Origin: Azolla caroliniana | Taxonomy: Eukaryota > Plantae > Polypodiophyta | Length of the DNA: 64,000 nt | Direction: 5' to 3' | Assembly (NCBI GenBank): GCA_043228905.1 | Contig: JBHGNT010000011.1 | Coordinates: 9,238,001 to 9,302,000, forward strand | Part shown: piece after piece, positions 50,804-64,000 of the stretch | Layout: each line of letters opens with the position of its first letter | How positions within the stretch are numbered: position 1 is the stretch's first letter | The notes under the pieces: generated by a model | The model's input: only the letters and a program-made list of their open reading frames with translations | Told to the model about the DNA's origin: nothing | Database searches by the model: none | Translations under genes and position numbers: made by a program

Positions 50804-52242
50804 CAAACAAAATAGTGTATAGGTAAATTAAGTTTTTGTAAAACACATTTTTGTTGTATACAAATCTGAGAAGAAATCCAAACCTTTTAAGATGCCATTG
50901 CATCTTTGTGAAGATACACATAATTCACAATCAATCTTCAATGCAATGTATAGAGATTTGGCTGTTTTTGAACGTGTGGGTGTCATTTCTTATGTTCCAT
51001 GTCCTTTAATGTGAAGTCTCGCAGTGTTATTTAAATAAATGATGCAATAGGTGGTTGCGAACTCTAAAAGCTTAATTTAGTTGCAAGTGCAATGCTAATA
51101 TTAAACAATTGAATGGAAAACAACGAAACAATTATAATACACTTAACATTACTGTATGTTTGTTTCTTCAAGTTTCCATTGTGTATGATAAGTTTTTCTG
51201 TATGAAGAATTTAGTACCCCAAAATTTTAAAGTCTCATACAAATTAATCGAGTGTGGTATATGGGGTTATAGAGGGTAAGGAAAGTCAGAAAGGAAAGGT
51301 CAATGAAAACTTCTAATTTAAAATTTGATTTGTCTATCAAGGATTGAAAGAAACAGATGTGGCAAAGTTGAGGATCTTGCCAATTGGAAACAAGATTATG
51401 GATTCCCATTTTTAAGTGGTAAACTCATTAAAGAGGGTGTGACATGAATGAGTACATAGAAAACCCATAAAAGGTTCAAAATGCAGTTCACAAATGTCCA
51501 AGCATGGTAATATAGCTATTCGTGTACTTCATTGCTAGAGGGGAAGGTAATGTCAATAATAATATTTGAGGATTCTTGTCATGAACATGGAAGTTCCTGA
51601 AAATTGAGAGGTTTTTGAAGGGGTGTAGTAAATTGTACAATAATCATGTCAAAGGATCCCTCATAAGTATATATGCCAAAGAAACTTCTAGAATTTTTAT
51701 ATCTTGCATGCTTGATCTTTGATTATGTTATGGTTTCTCGTAGAATAATTGATGTTTGGATACTCGTGACATTACGTATGTATCCATGACTAAGAGGTGC
51801 AATTATGTTACATGATGCCATCAATCTTATATTATTGAGACTTCTAGACCATTTTAAACTTTGTTCTCATGAATATTGTAGATGAATGTTGTGTAGCTAC
51901 ACATTAATAATGTTGATGAGTTCTTTGTTAGAATGTACGCCTACTAGTTTGTTAGAATGAGTGTCTAATGATGGCATGATTTCACTCTTGAAGTTCTTTC
52001 TTCATGCATGGGCGCATATATAAGTGCTTTTAGAGCATGTGCTTGGTTTCTAAACATGAACTTCTTGGTCAGGGCACTATTATGTTTTGAACACTTTGTT
52101 ATTTGATGAGCTTGGGGTTTGATTGGCAGCACAATATTTTATGGTGGAGCTTTGAGTCTTGTTGGAGATGAGGGTGTGTTACTAATTTACAATTGGAAGT
52201 ATTAAAATTGGAACGCGTGTTAATGGCTACATATGTAAATAT

Positions 52243-52794
52243 CCAAAAGGGTTAAGCTAACAGTAAGTCATTGCGTGCCGACCCGCCTCGTCCACCACGA
52301 CCAGAGGGCTGATCCGTCTCTGTGTATAGCACCATGCTGTTGGCCGTGCGTACTTGTCGACACACCCGTGTGGCTCTCCTCCAAAAGGGTTAAGCTAATA
52401 GTAAGTCATTGTGTGCCGACCGCCTCGTCCACCATGACCAAAGGGCCGATCCGTCTCTGTGTATAGCACCTTGCTGTTGGGGTGTGTACTCGTCGACACA
52501 CCCGTGTGGTTCTCCTCTACAAGGAGCATTGAAAAATGACGGATGCTTCTCTCTTGTGCTGATAGCCATCCGAATCAACCCATATTTCTGAGCCAACCCA
52601 CCAAAGCAGATCTCCACCATCTCGTCTTCGTCCATACTAACACTAATGGACCCACCCAAGTGCATCATAGATCTCCTTGATCTTTGTGGTGTAGTTAGTT
52701 ACTGACGTACCTCCTTGTTAGACATTATTGAGCTCCTGTCTAAGTTGCAACTTACGTGTTGTGGTGATGACGGCAAATACCCTCTTCAGGTTTT
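52243..52794 (-). mobile_element. Copia gag fragment with an approximately 138-bp tandem duplication
   Basis: RKLQLRQELN, DEDEMVEICFGGLAQKYG. CCAAAAGGGTTAAGCTAA starts at 52243 and 52381. Confidence 0.8.
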
Positions 52795-53047
52795 GTTAGG
52801 ATACTAACACGTTCATGTTTAGAAGTGGAAGGATCGCGCATTCCACTTTTAGATTCCTTTCATAATTGTGCAATTTTATGCACTATATAGAAACTTGTTA
52901 CACCAGTGTCAAATTTTCGTCAACCCATATAGAATTTTCTAAATTATTAATATGTAACAAGTTTCAAAGTAAAATACATGTATTTTTTTGAACATTGTTA
53001 AACTTGATGATCTCCAAATACGAAACTAATTAAAAATTATATCATAT

Positions 53048-56000
53048 TGTTGAGGATCAAGCACAATATAATAATAGGCACATTGGGATTTGAACCTTGT
53101 ACCTTTACTGTATATATTATAGAACTTATAATAATGATATGTATCATTTATTATTATACGATAAACATACTAGCATGTAATGCATAGAATGCCATGCATA
53201 CATGAAGCCATGCATACTAGCATGTAATTCATCTTATATAAAGGGGGCTTACCCCCACCATTCAATGAGACTTATATTTTGAAGATATCTCATATCTAGA
53301 TCTTAACATGGTATCAAAGCCATAATCAACCGTTTATCTTTGCCAAAGATTCTCCCATCATTTCTCTATTACTTCTCCACAAACTCAACCATCAATATCA
53401 ACATCTCAACACGATAGCCAACTTTTGTACAACCTTTTCTTCCTCATCTCAACTATCAATATCAACATCTCAACAATAAGCGATTTCTTCTACGATTATC
53501 GCAAGGCCGTCAAGCATCAAGCTATCACGAACACGCAAGCTCTTCAACAACACCGACTTTTTGGTAAACACTTTTAATTAAGATCCTTACGTACTTGCAT
53601 TCAATATGTCTGTTCAAGTAGCGAAACTTGAAAAATTGACTAAAGATAATTATGCATCATGGAAGTATAAAGTCATGTTGTTTTTAAAAGCAAAAGAATT
53701 GTGGCATATAGTTGTTAATGATAAACCTAGTCCTACAATAAAAGAAGAAGATAGAAAGGGAAAGGAAAAAGAATCTGGTGTTATTGAGGATGCAAAGGAT
53801 TGGAATAAAAAGGATGCACAAGCCATGGTAATACTTTCAAACACTCTTTCATCATCTTTGATTCCATATATAAAGCATTGTAATACTACTAAGGAAATAT
53901 GGAATACATTAGAATTTTTTTTTCCGAATGTATCTTCGGCTAGAAAAATGCAACTAAAAGAGCAATTACAAAATGTTAAAATGGATAGAAATGATATTGT
54001 GCATGTATGTTTGAAAGGATTGCCATCAAACTTTAATGTATTTAAAACATCCATTTATGTTGCTGGAATACCATCATTTGATGAGTTGATTCCTAAGCTG
54101 CTACAAGAAGAACAAATTACAAGTTTATCAAAGAGGGGTAAGGATTGGAGTGAAGAACCATCTTTCTATGCTAATAGAGGAAAATCTCTAAGAGGAAGAG
54201 GCGGAAGGTGGCAACAACGAGGAAGAAATCAAGCTCGTGGAAGATGGCAAAATGAACAAATTTACAATGAAAATAAACAAGAAGGTGAGAACTACAATCA
54301 AGGTAAAGAGGATGAAAAATTTAGAATAATCAAGGTAATTTTCATGGTTATTCAGCCCCAACTATTAAGTGTTTTTATTGTAATAAGATTGGGCATCATG
54401 TGGAAGATTGTTGGATTCGACAAAGTGATATAAAGAATGGAAAATATAGTGAAAGTAATTATGCATCCAGTAGTATTACTCAAGTAGATGAACATGATGA
54501 GAATACATGTGATAAAAATGCACTTGCAGTTACAATTGGTAAGAATGCAAATAATGCTTGGTATCTTGATTCTAGTTGTTCAAATAACATGACTGAAAAT
54601 TGTGGTTTGTTTGACGCAACAAACGGTTTGTCCACTCTAATTGAAATTTGTATAGGTGATGATACATGTTATGATGTAAAAAGTTGTGGAGATGTTCAAT
54701 TGCATTTGTCGAATGACATGTCCAAAAAGCTAAAAGATGTGTGGTAAGTACCTGGTGTTAAAAAGAATTTAATTTCTATTGGTCAACTAGTTGAGAAAGA
54801 TATGGATGCATTGTTTAATAAGTATGGATGTACAATAACAAGTTCAAACACGGGAGAAGTGCTTGTAACCGGAAGAAACGTAGGAAGAATGTTCATATTG
54901 AATGACACAGAAAAGAAATGCATGATAACAAATGAAAAAAGTGAGTTTGAGTTATGGCATAAAAGATTGGGACATGTGAGTGCAAAAAGATTGCTAAATA
55001 TGAGTAATAATGATTTGGTTCATGGATTGCCAAAGTTTAATAAAGATTGTGTTCTACCTTTTTGTGAGCCGTGTTGTAAAGCAAAGTTCACAAGGACGGT
55101 AATGCCGATGAGGAATCCAACTTTCAAGCACCCATTGGAGTTGGTTCATACGGGTGTTTGGGGTCCTTCATAAGTAGCAAGCATTGGAGGATCAAGGTAT
55201 TTTGTAACATTCATTGATTATTATTCTAGAATGGTGTGGATATACTTTGTAAAAAAGAAAAGTGGCATTTTTACAAAGTTCATTGAATTCAAGCAAATGG
55301 TTGAAAATCAATGTAATAGAAAAATAAAAATGCTTCGAAGTGATGGAGGAACTGAGTATATGTCAAATGAATTTGATAAGTTCTTAATAGAAATGGTATT
55401 ATAAGGCAAGTCACACCTAGATACACTCCTCAAATGAATGGAGTTGCAGAAAGGAATAATAGACATACTAGAGACAGCTAAAGCTATGCTATTTGAAGTA
55501 AATTTGTCAAAAAGGTTTTGGGTTGATGCTTGTCACTATGCAGTGACTTTGATAAATAGAATGCCAACAACCATAATTGGTAACAATTCTCCTTATGAAT
55601 TGTTTTATAATAAAAAGCCTCGAGTTGATACATTAAAAGTTTTTGGATGTATTTGCTATGTATATGTTCCTAGTCAAGTAAGGAAGAAGCTTGATGAAAA
55701 GGCTATAAAGTGTATTTTCCTAGGTATTGATGTCATAAAAAATGGATATAGATGTTTTGATATAGATGATGAGAAGTTTTACATCTCAAAGAGTGTAAAA
55801 TTTGATGAAATGCAAAATAGGAAAACATTAGAATGTGATGTGCAAATGCCTTTGTCAAGTAAGCTAGGTAGCGTGGATCACAAAAATGATGTTGATACCG
55901 AGAATGAGAAAATAGATGGTTATGTTGAAGAAGCTGACATAAATTGTGGGACAACTTCACAATTAAGAAGATCTAATAGAATAAGAAAACCTGTTCAGAG

Positions 56001-57829
56001 GTTAATATATGATAGTTGCATTGCACAACATTATCTATTTATGGCAAAAGTTAATGATTTTATTGAGCCTAATTGTTTTGAAGATGCATATAAGAATAGA
56101 GAATGGAAGTGTGCTATGCAGGAAGAAATTGATGCATTATACAAGAATGATACATGGGTGCTAGTGCCTAGATCAAATGATAAAAAGGTAATTGGTTGTA
56201 AGTGGGTATATAAGTCAGTTCAATTCTGATGGTACTTTGAATAGATGTAAAGCAAGATTAGTGGCTAAAGGTTATTCTCAAACATATGGTCTAGATTATG
56301 AGGAAACATTTTCACCAGTAGCTAAAATGGCCTCTATTAGGGTTGTTATCTCTTTAGCAACATCTCTAAAATGGAATTTATATCAGATGGATGTAAAAAA
56401 TGCTGTTTTGAATGGTATTTTGAAGCAAGAAGTGTTCATGGAACAACCACATGGTTTTAAGGATAATGTTAACCTTGATTATGTGTGCAAATTGAAGAGG
56501 TTCTTATACGGACTAAAACAATCACCAAGAATATGGTTTGAAAGGTTGGGAAACTACTTGAAAAGTATGAACTTCAAGCAAAGTTGTGTAGATGCATCAG
56601 TTTTTTATACGTAGATGATCTAATTATAACAGGTGATAATGATGAAGTTGTACAAAAAATAAAACATAATATGTCAAATGAGTTTGAGATGAAGGATTTA
56701 GGAGAGCTTAAGTACTTCTTGGGCATTGAAGTGATTAAATGAATTAATGGTTGGATGCTTTCTCAGAAAAAGTATATGGTTGATATGCTAAAAGAATTTA
56801 GTATGTATGATTGTAAGCCAATGCAAACACCAATGCAAGAAAGAATGACGTTAGATGCTACTAAAAATGATGCTCTTACAAATGTCAAGATGTATCAACA
56901 AATAGTTGGAAAGCTTATCTACTTGACAATAACAAGACCAAATATTGCATTTTCAGTTGGTATTGTTAGTAGATATATGCAAGAGCCTATGAAAGTGCAC
57001 ATGGTGATAGTAAAAAGAATTCTAAGATACATAAAAGGAACATTAGAATATGGTCTTTTGTATTCTAATGATAAGGTGTCTAATAGTTTCTTTTGTGATG
57101 CAGATTGGGCTGGAGATAAAGAAACAAGAAGAAGTACAAGTGGATATTGTTGTTCACTAGTAGTGGAGTTGTGTCATGGTTGTCAAAGAAACAACCAACT
57201 GTTGCATTGAGCACCACAGAAGCAGAGTATAGGGTTGCAACCCAAGCTACATGTGAAGTTACATGGTTAGAGATGTTATTAAAGGATCTTGGAGTCAAAA
57301 TACAAAGACCATTAGTTATCTATTGTGATAACATAAGTGCAATCTTGTTAGCAAAGAATCCTATTTTTCATGCTCGTACAAAACATATTGAGGTTCATTA
57401 TCATTTCGTTCGTGAAAAGATTGTCGAAGGCCTCATTGATTTGAGACATATCAAAACAGAGGATCAAGTTGGTGATATCTTCACCAAGCCATTACCAAAA
57501 GAGAAGTTTTTCAAGTTTAGAAGAAAACTTGGTCTTTATGATCTTAATGTGCTTGAGAGGGAGTGTTGAGGATCAAGCACAATATAATATTAGGCACATT
57601 GGGATTTGAACCTTGTACCTTTACTTGATATATTATAGAACTTATAATAATGATATGTATCATTTATTATTATACGATAAACATACTAGCATGTAATGCA
57701 TAGAATGTCATGCATACATGAAGCTATGTGGCGAACATGCTCACATGCTTCATTTTATATAAAGGGGGCTTACCCCCACTGTTCAATGAGACTTATTTTT
57801 TGAAGATATCTCAAATCTAGATCTTAACA
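53048..57829 (+). mobile_element. Copia with both LTRs (53048-53308 and 57564-57829), AT-rich, with internal deletions
   Basis: TSD CATAT at 53043-53047 and 57830-57834; PBS TGGTATCAAAGC; PPT GAGAGGGAG; gag, WYLDS, WHKRLGH, ETFSPVAK, DADWAGD, TKHIEVHYHF. Short deletions in gag and before the RT YVDD motif. Confidence 0.96.
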
Positions 57830-58535
57830 CATATAACAATTGTTTATTCAATTGACAAAAGTTAGACTTTCTAATTGTATTATGCAATTTGCAAAGTTGG
57901 TTGAAATGCTGAGAAAATCATGATCTCCAGACATAAAATGTAGTTAAATTACAAACTATGAACATGGTCTATACAACAATTGATCTCCAAGTTTAATCAT
58001 CATGCAATGGTGTAGGGAGAAGAAATGAAAGTGATAGCTATAGTTAGTGATTATGTGGAATGATGTCTAATACTTAGTGAATGCTGCCCAATATAATACA
58101 TTACCCTAATTTTAGTAAGAAAGAAGCAAATCTAACATATGGACACTATGGACATAAATTCCATGTTAAATATCATCTAGAGTTCCCCTAATACACACCC
58201 ATGAAAGAAGACACCCATACACACGCGTCATATAATGGATACACTTAGACACGCATTATGGTCACACACCCAAAGTAAGGTGGGTCTGAATTGTAGAACA
58301 TATTCAATGATAAAAAGTGAAGCTTAGATTAAAACGATTAAAACAAGTATGTAGATTAAAACATGTAGCTTAGTAAAGCTTAGTAATGTTATAACGTCAA
58401 TAGCAAAAACACAAATGTAACAATATAAACATCGGTAGACATATTTAAAGAAACAATATTATAAACATGGACTCAAACTAACTTTACAGAGAATAAAACT
58501 TTGATTACTATGTTTTTGATAAAATACAAAATTCA

Positions 58536-59997
58536 TTACATTACTATAAGTTCATCATTCTCTTTGTCTTCCTTTTGAGAACTGTCCTCAGAATTTTGCG
58601 CATCGGCATCCACTCAAGTTAGGTTGGCTATCGTGGGGTCCTCCAAAAGCTCATCATCCAGTTCTATAAGCTCCCAAGGTTCACTAGGCAAGGGAGGAAT
58701 AGGCTTGCGAGAGGTAGCTTGATCTAGGGACTCCCATAAGTTTTTAATCCACATATTAATGGAACATACTCGCTCCTCGTCCTTCTCCAATGCAATTTTA
58801 TTCCGAAATAGTTTCGAGGCGCATGCAGATGTCGTACCTATCACCAAAATAATAAGATCATAGCTTCAATTAGACAACCAATAAGTATATACTTTTGTAG
58901 AGCAAAATCTTAGAACATATCCGTGCCAGAAAACAAATCTAAAATCCAATCTCCTTCGTTAGAGAACATTTCGATAAGGCACATCATGAGTCATTGGGGC
59001 TTCTGGTAAGGATTGACTAGGCCATGTTTAGTCGCCGTGACATGTCTCAATTTCTGCGTAACTGTTGGGTACACCAACAGATTTGAACTTCCAACCTCAT
59101 TTGAATGTTCCATAATCCTTTGATTCTTTATTTCATCATAATACCCAATAGTTATGTATTCAATAGCATTGACAAACCAAAAGGTTGGTCCTCTATTAAT
59201 GTTGGTTTTGAGCCTATAAATGACAAAAGGAAACCAAAAGACACAGACTCAACTATTAGTTACATAAAGGGACAATAATTGAAATGCAACCAAAATTGAA
59301 TTAGTTGTTGTATAAGCCTTATCAAGCAAGGTTCTCTACACCATGACAACGAGATCTCAATGCTTGAGCCGTAGAATATCCTTGGTCCATACTATGAAAA
59401 ACCACTATTCTCCACAAGCTCGTTGTGGTCAATTTGGTGAAATCCTTCACCATTTTCACCAATTGTTTGAACCTAAATGGTTCACCATTATAAGAAGATG
59501 TAGTCATACGAAATGTGTATGGAATATCTACAATGAGTAACGTGTACTCCTATTGTAGCTTTTGGATCATCTCTGCCACATTACCGTAATACACATTATA
59601 ATAAAATTGTCAGGTGATATCCTTTTTGTGGCTGAACTTCTTTAAAGTTTCGTCATCATCCACATCGAACTCCTTCACTAAGCATCAGTCTTTTTCTTTC
59701 CATGCTCTTTCAAGATGGGCAAGAAAGGAAGTTGGAAAATCATGTATATCTTTTACTTCTCTAGGCAACATGGTTTCTATGTGAAACAACAAAAGAAGTA
59801 ACTCATACTTATTCTTCAAATATTTAATAAACTAGAACGACAAATATCAAATACGTAATACTAAGTCAATCGTTAAAAGCAAAAAAATATTCCAATAACG
59901 GCGTGTATGAAGACGTAATCGGATAGTCTTCAATCACTTGTTCCCATGTTAACCAACTGAGGTGCTTCATAATCACCTCTTGAATTGTCATATAAAC
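58536..59997 (-). pseudogene. Intron-containing beta-class amino-DNA methyltransferase (N6-adenine/N4-cytosine, N6_N4_Mtase-like), decayed, 5' end cut by Copia
   Basis: Reconstructed exons 59862-59997, 59323-59776, 58921-59213, 58536-58837 are phase-consistent and translate to ...VYYGNVAEMIQKLQ*EYTLLIVDIPY...ENLAW|LKTN...NAIEYITIGY...VNPYQKPQ*LMMCLIEMFSNEGDWILDLFSGTG|TTSACASKLFRNKIALEKDEERV... Catalytic DIPY at 59517-59528 precedes SAM-binding FxGxG. In-frame stops, one frameshift near 59620-59640, and two donors reading AT instead of GT. Confidence 0.88.
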
Positions 59998-60168
59998 CTT
60001 GTGAACAAAAAAGCATAAACAATCATTAGCACTTATGACTTCAATGAAGAAAAAACATGTATTCAAAACAAAAGTGTTAAGAGTCAATTACTAATCAATA
60101 GACCAAAGTAAAGTAAAAGAAGGAAAATAGTTTGGATAGAAGTACCCATTCCACACAACCACCCCCGA

Positions 60169-60251
60169 TGTTGGGGACAAGGCCGTTAATGCAGAAGTGC
60201 AACCAACATTCGTGATGAAGAAGAACATGTGTATGCGCATAAGCAAGATAG

Positions 60252-60283
<32 letters not shown>

Positions 60284-62020
60284 ATAGGCACAAAATATAG
60301 ATGTTATTCCAATAGCAACCGTTACAAAGAATGACCACCAACCTTTTCTAAAGGTTACAAAGTCACTTTATATAGTGACTATCCTAGGGTAACTACCCTT
60401 TATGCTATTTACAGAAATAGCCCGAACTTGGGTTGTCCAAAGGGACAGTGTGAATACGGCCATTATACACTCGTATTTGACACTCCCTCGTAATGGGCGT
60501 ATACATGGATTATCTAAAAAATTACAGGTATATACAAGGTTTATCGGACATATTGGTTTTGTTAGAGTCGGCAAGATCCGAAGACAGAAGACCGAACCGG
60601 TCAGGTTGGAAGAGCTGAAGTCGATCATCAAAGAACCGATGTCGGTGGTTCGAAACCATCATGTGCGGTGTGTTCGACTTTAACCGGACCGATTTTTCGT
60701 TACGCCCATCTGATGCCGAAGGGACCAGAAACGATCCGCCGAAAGACACTTGGTCATTCCATCTGCGACATTATCGGTTGTGGATATCTTCTCTAGTCCG
60801 ATTTTCCTTGAAATGACACAGTCCCGAACGAAGTGATATCAAACGTCGATATGCTTGGAGGCGCTGTGGTGAACCGGATTCTTTGACAAAGCAACAACAC
60901 CCTGACTGTCGTTGTAGACAACTGGAGCTGAGTCGGAGTCGACCTGTCGAAACGTGTGCGCCAGCCGATCGAGCCATAAAGCTTCTTTTGCCGCGTCGGA
61001 CGCAACTACATATTCCGCTTTGGTCGTTGAGGTGGCTGTGCACTCTTGAAGTTTCGATTTCCACGAGATTGCTCCATTGCCAAATTTGAAACAGTAACCG
61101 GTTGTTGATTTCCGATTGTCCGTGCAGCCGGCGAAGTCCGAGTCGGTGTAACCGACTACGCTTGAGGTTGAGTTCGAGCCGAAAAGAATGTCGTGGTCTT
61201 TTGTGCCAACTAGATATCTGAACACATGCTTGACTGCGTTCCAATGTGATTGGCCTGGGTTGTGCATGAATCTGCTGACGATTCCTACGGCGTGAGAAAT
61301 ATCAGGTTGTGTCGCGACCATCACGTACATAAGGGAGCCGACTGCCGATGCATACGGTACCGACTTCATATCTGCCCCCTCCGGATCGGATGTCGGGTAG
61401 TCTCGTTGAGACAGCCGAAGGTTAATGGGGAGCGGGGTCGAAGAAGACTTGGCCGAGTGTATGTTGAAGCGTTCGAAGACACGTCCAATGTAGTCAGTTT
61501 GAGACAAGAAAAGTTGTCATTTATCACGATGCCGACTAATCTTCATACCAAGCATGTGTCTTGCCGGACCGAGGTCCTTCATGGCAAACTTCAACAGCAG
61601 TTTCCGAACGAGTTCGGTGAGCTCTCCGGCATGCAGACCGGAGAGTAGCATGTCGTCCACGTAGATGATGAGGAAGACGGGAGACCCGTCTTGAGCTGTT
61701 TTGGTGAAGAGAGAGTGTTCCTCATTGCTCTTTGAGAAGCCGACCAATTGGATGAAGTCGTCGAAGTTCTTGTACCACTGTCGGGGTGCCTGTTTCAGGC
61801 CGTAGAGACTCTTCCTGAGTGAGTAGACTAGATGTTCCTGGCAGGATGCCACAAAGCCTTTCGGCTGCTCCATATAGATTTCCTCCTGTAGGTCACCGTG
61901 GAGGAATGTCGTTTTTACATCTAGCTGAATCAGCTCCAAGTTGTCGGCGGCCACAACGCTGAGCATGAAACAAAGGGTCGTCATTTGCACCACTGGTGAA
62001 AACATTTCGTCGAAGTTGAC
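60169..62020 (-). mobile_element. Copia 3' half (RT-RNase H, PPT, LTR 60169-60482): left arm of fold-back
   Basis: FSPVVQMTT, LDVKTTFLHG, IIYVDDML, YTDSDFAG, SKHIDV; LTR with TG...CA ends. Confidence 0.93.
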
Positions 62021-63891
62021 ATGGGATTTCGATAAGAATATGGCATCGACTTCGACGAAATCTTTTCACCAGTGGTGAAATTGACGACCCTTCGTCTCAT
62101 GCTCGGCTTCGTGGCCATCGACAACTTGGAGCTAATTCAGCTAGATGTAAAAACGGCATTCCTCCACGGTGACCTATAGGAGGAAATCTATATGGAGCAG
62201 CCGAAAGGCTTTGTGGCATCTGGCCAAGAACCTCTAGTCTGCTGACTCAGGAAGAGTCTCTACGGTCTGAAACAGGCACCCCGACAGTTGTACAAGAAGT
62301 TCGACGACTTCATCCAATTGGTCGGCTTCTCAAAGAGCAATGAGGACCACTGTCTCTTCACCAAAATAGCTCAAGACGGGTCTCCCGTCTTCCTCATCAT
62401 CTACATCGATGACATGCTACTCTTCGGTCGGCATGCCGGAGAGCTCACCGAACTCGTTCGAAATTGCGGTTGAAGTTTGCCATGAAGGACCTCGGTCCGG
62501 CAAGACACATACTTGGTATGAAGATTAGTTGGCATCGCGATAAACGACAACTTTTCTTGTCTCAAACCGACTACATCGGACGTGTCTTGGAACGCATCAA
62601 CATGCACTTGGCCAAGTTTTCTTCGACCCCGCTCCCCATTAACCTTCGGTTGTCTCAACGAGACTACCCGACATCCGGTCTGGAGGGGGCAGATATGAAG
62701 TCCGTACCGTATGCACCGGCAGTCGGCTCCCTTATGAACGCGATGGTCGCGACATAGCCTGATATTTCTCACGCCGTAGGAGTCATCAACAGATTCATGC
62801 ACAACCCAGGCCGATCACACTAGGATGCAATCAAGCATGTGTTCAGATATCTATCTGGCACAAAAGACCACGACATTCTTTTTGGCCCAAACTCAACCTC
62901 AAGCGTAGTCGTTTACACCGACTCGGACTTCGCCGACTGCGTGGACAGTTGGAAATCAACAACTAGTTACTGTTTCAAATTTGGCAATGGAGCAATCTCG
63001 TGGAAGTCCAAACTTCAGGAGTGCACAACTACCTCAACGACCGAAGCGGAATATATAGTTGCGTCCGATGCAGCAAAAGAAGCTTTATGGCTCGGTCGGC
63101 TGACGCACACGTTTCGACAGGTCGACTCCGACTTGGCTCCAGTTGTCTATAGTGACAATCAGGGTGTTGTTGCTTTGTCAAAGAATCCGGTTCACCACAA
63201 CACCTCCAAGCATATCGACGTTTGATATCACTTCGTTCGGGGCTGTGTCATTTTAGGGAAAATCGATCTAGAGAAGATATCCACAACCGATAATGTCGCA
63301 GATGGAATGACCAAGTGTCTTTCGGCGGATCGTTTCCGGTCCCATCGGCATCAGATGGGCGTAACGAAAAATTGGTCCGGTTAAAGTCGGACACACAGCA
63401 CATGATGGTTTCGGACCACCGACATCGGTTCTTTGATGATCGACTTCAGCTCTTCCGACCCGACCAATTGAGTCTTTTGTCTTCGGATCTTGCCGACTCT
63501 AACAAAACTGATCTATCAGATAAACCTTGTATATACCTGTAATTTTTTAGATAATCCATTTATACGCCCATTACGGGGGAGTGTCGAATACGAGTGTATA
63601 ATGGCCGTATTCACACTCTCCCTTTGGACAATCCAAGTTCGGGCTATTTCTGTAAATAGCATAAAAGGAAGTTACCCTAGGACAGTCACTATATAAAGTG
63701 ACTTTGTAACCTTTAGTAAAGGTTGGTTGTCATTCTTTGTAACAATTGCGATTGGAATAACATCTATATTTTGTGCCTATCTCTGTGTGTGTGTGTGTGT
63801 GTGCGTGTCTATCTTGCTTATGTGCATACACAGGTTCTTCTTCATCACAAATGTTGCTTGCACTTCCGCATTGACGACCTTGTCCCCAACA
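62021..63891 (+). mobile_element. Copia 3' half (RT-RNase H, PPT, LTR 63582-63891): right arm of fold-back
   Basis: Colinear reverse complement of 60169-62020; PPT TTACGGGGGAG|TGTCGAA...CCCCAACA. Confidence 0.93.
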
Positions 63892-64000
63892 AGAAGGTCG
63901 GGAATTGGGAAGAAGATGATCGAGGGTTCAGAACGAGTCTGGTGGGATCGGCATCAGACCCGAAACTCCGGACATTGGAGAATCAAGCCCAGGTGGGCTT

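Noticed and set aside
51200-52240. Possible ancient transposase-like coding remnant
   Set aside because: No motif could be recovered convincingly in any frame by eye; a translated HMM search is needed.
58536-59997. Bacterial contamination as the source of the methyltransferase
   Set aside because: It has spliceosomal-type introns and is embedded between plant Copia elements.

Overview
Eukaryotic, transposon-rich land-plant DNA (fern or other non-seed plant is my inference from gene and TE style). Two intact intron-rich genes lie head-to-head: a DHHC protein S-acyltransferase (minus, 9 exons, 9071-12708) and an organellar Twinkle primase-helicase (plus, 21 exons, 22695-50803, about 669 aa). 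The rest is mostly decayed TEs: a hAT element with TIRs and an 8-bp TSD, Gypsy and chromovirus pieces, several Copia elements (two with both LTRs and TSDs), stacks of LINE fragments in introns, and a 3.7-kb Copia fold-back. Top signals: (1) a spliced, decayed beta-class amino-DNA methyltransferase (DIPY ... QKP ... DLFSGTGTT) at 58.5-60.0 kb that the ORF track only shows in pieces; (2) the Twinkle has an intact Zn finger and helicase but has lost the TOPRIM primase catalytic residues; (3) the fold-back Copia and a four-level TE nest in Twinkle intron 1. All calls come from manual reading and translation; no searches were run.
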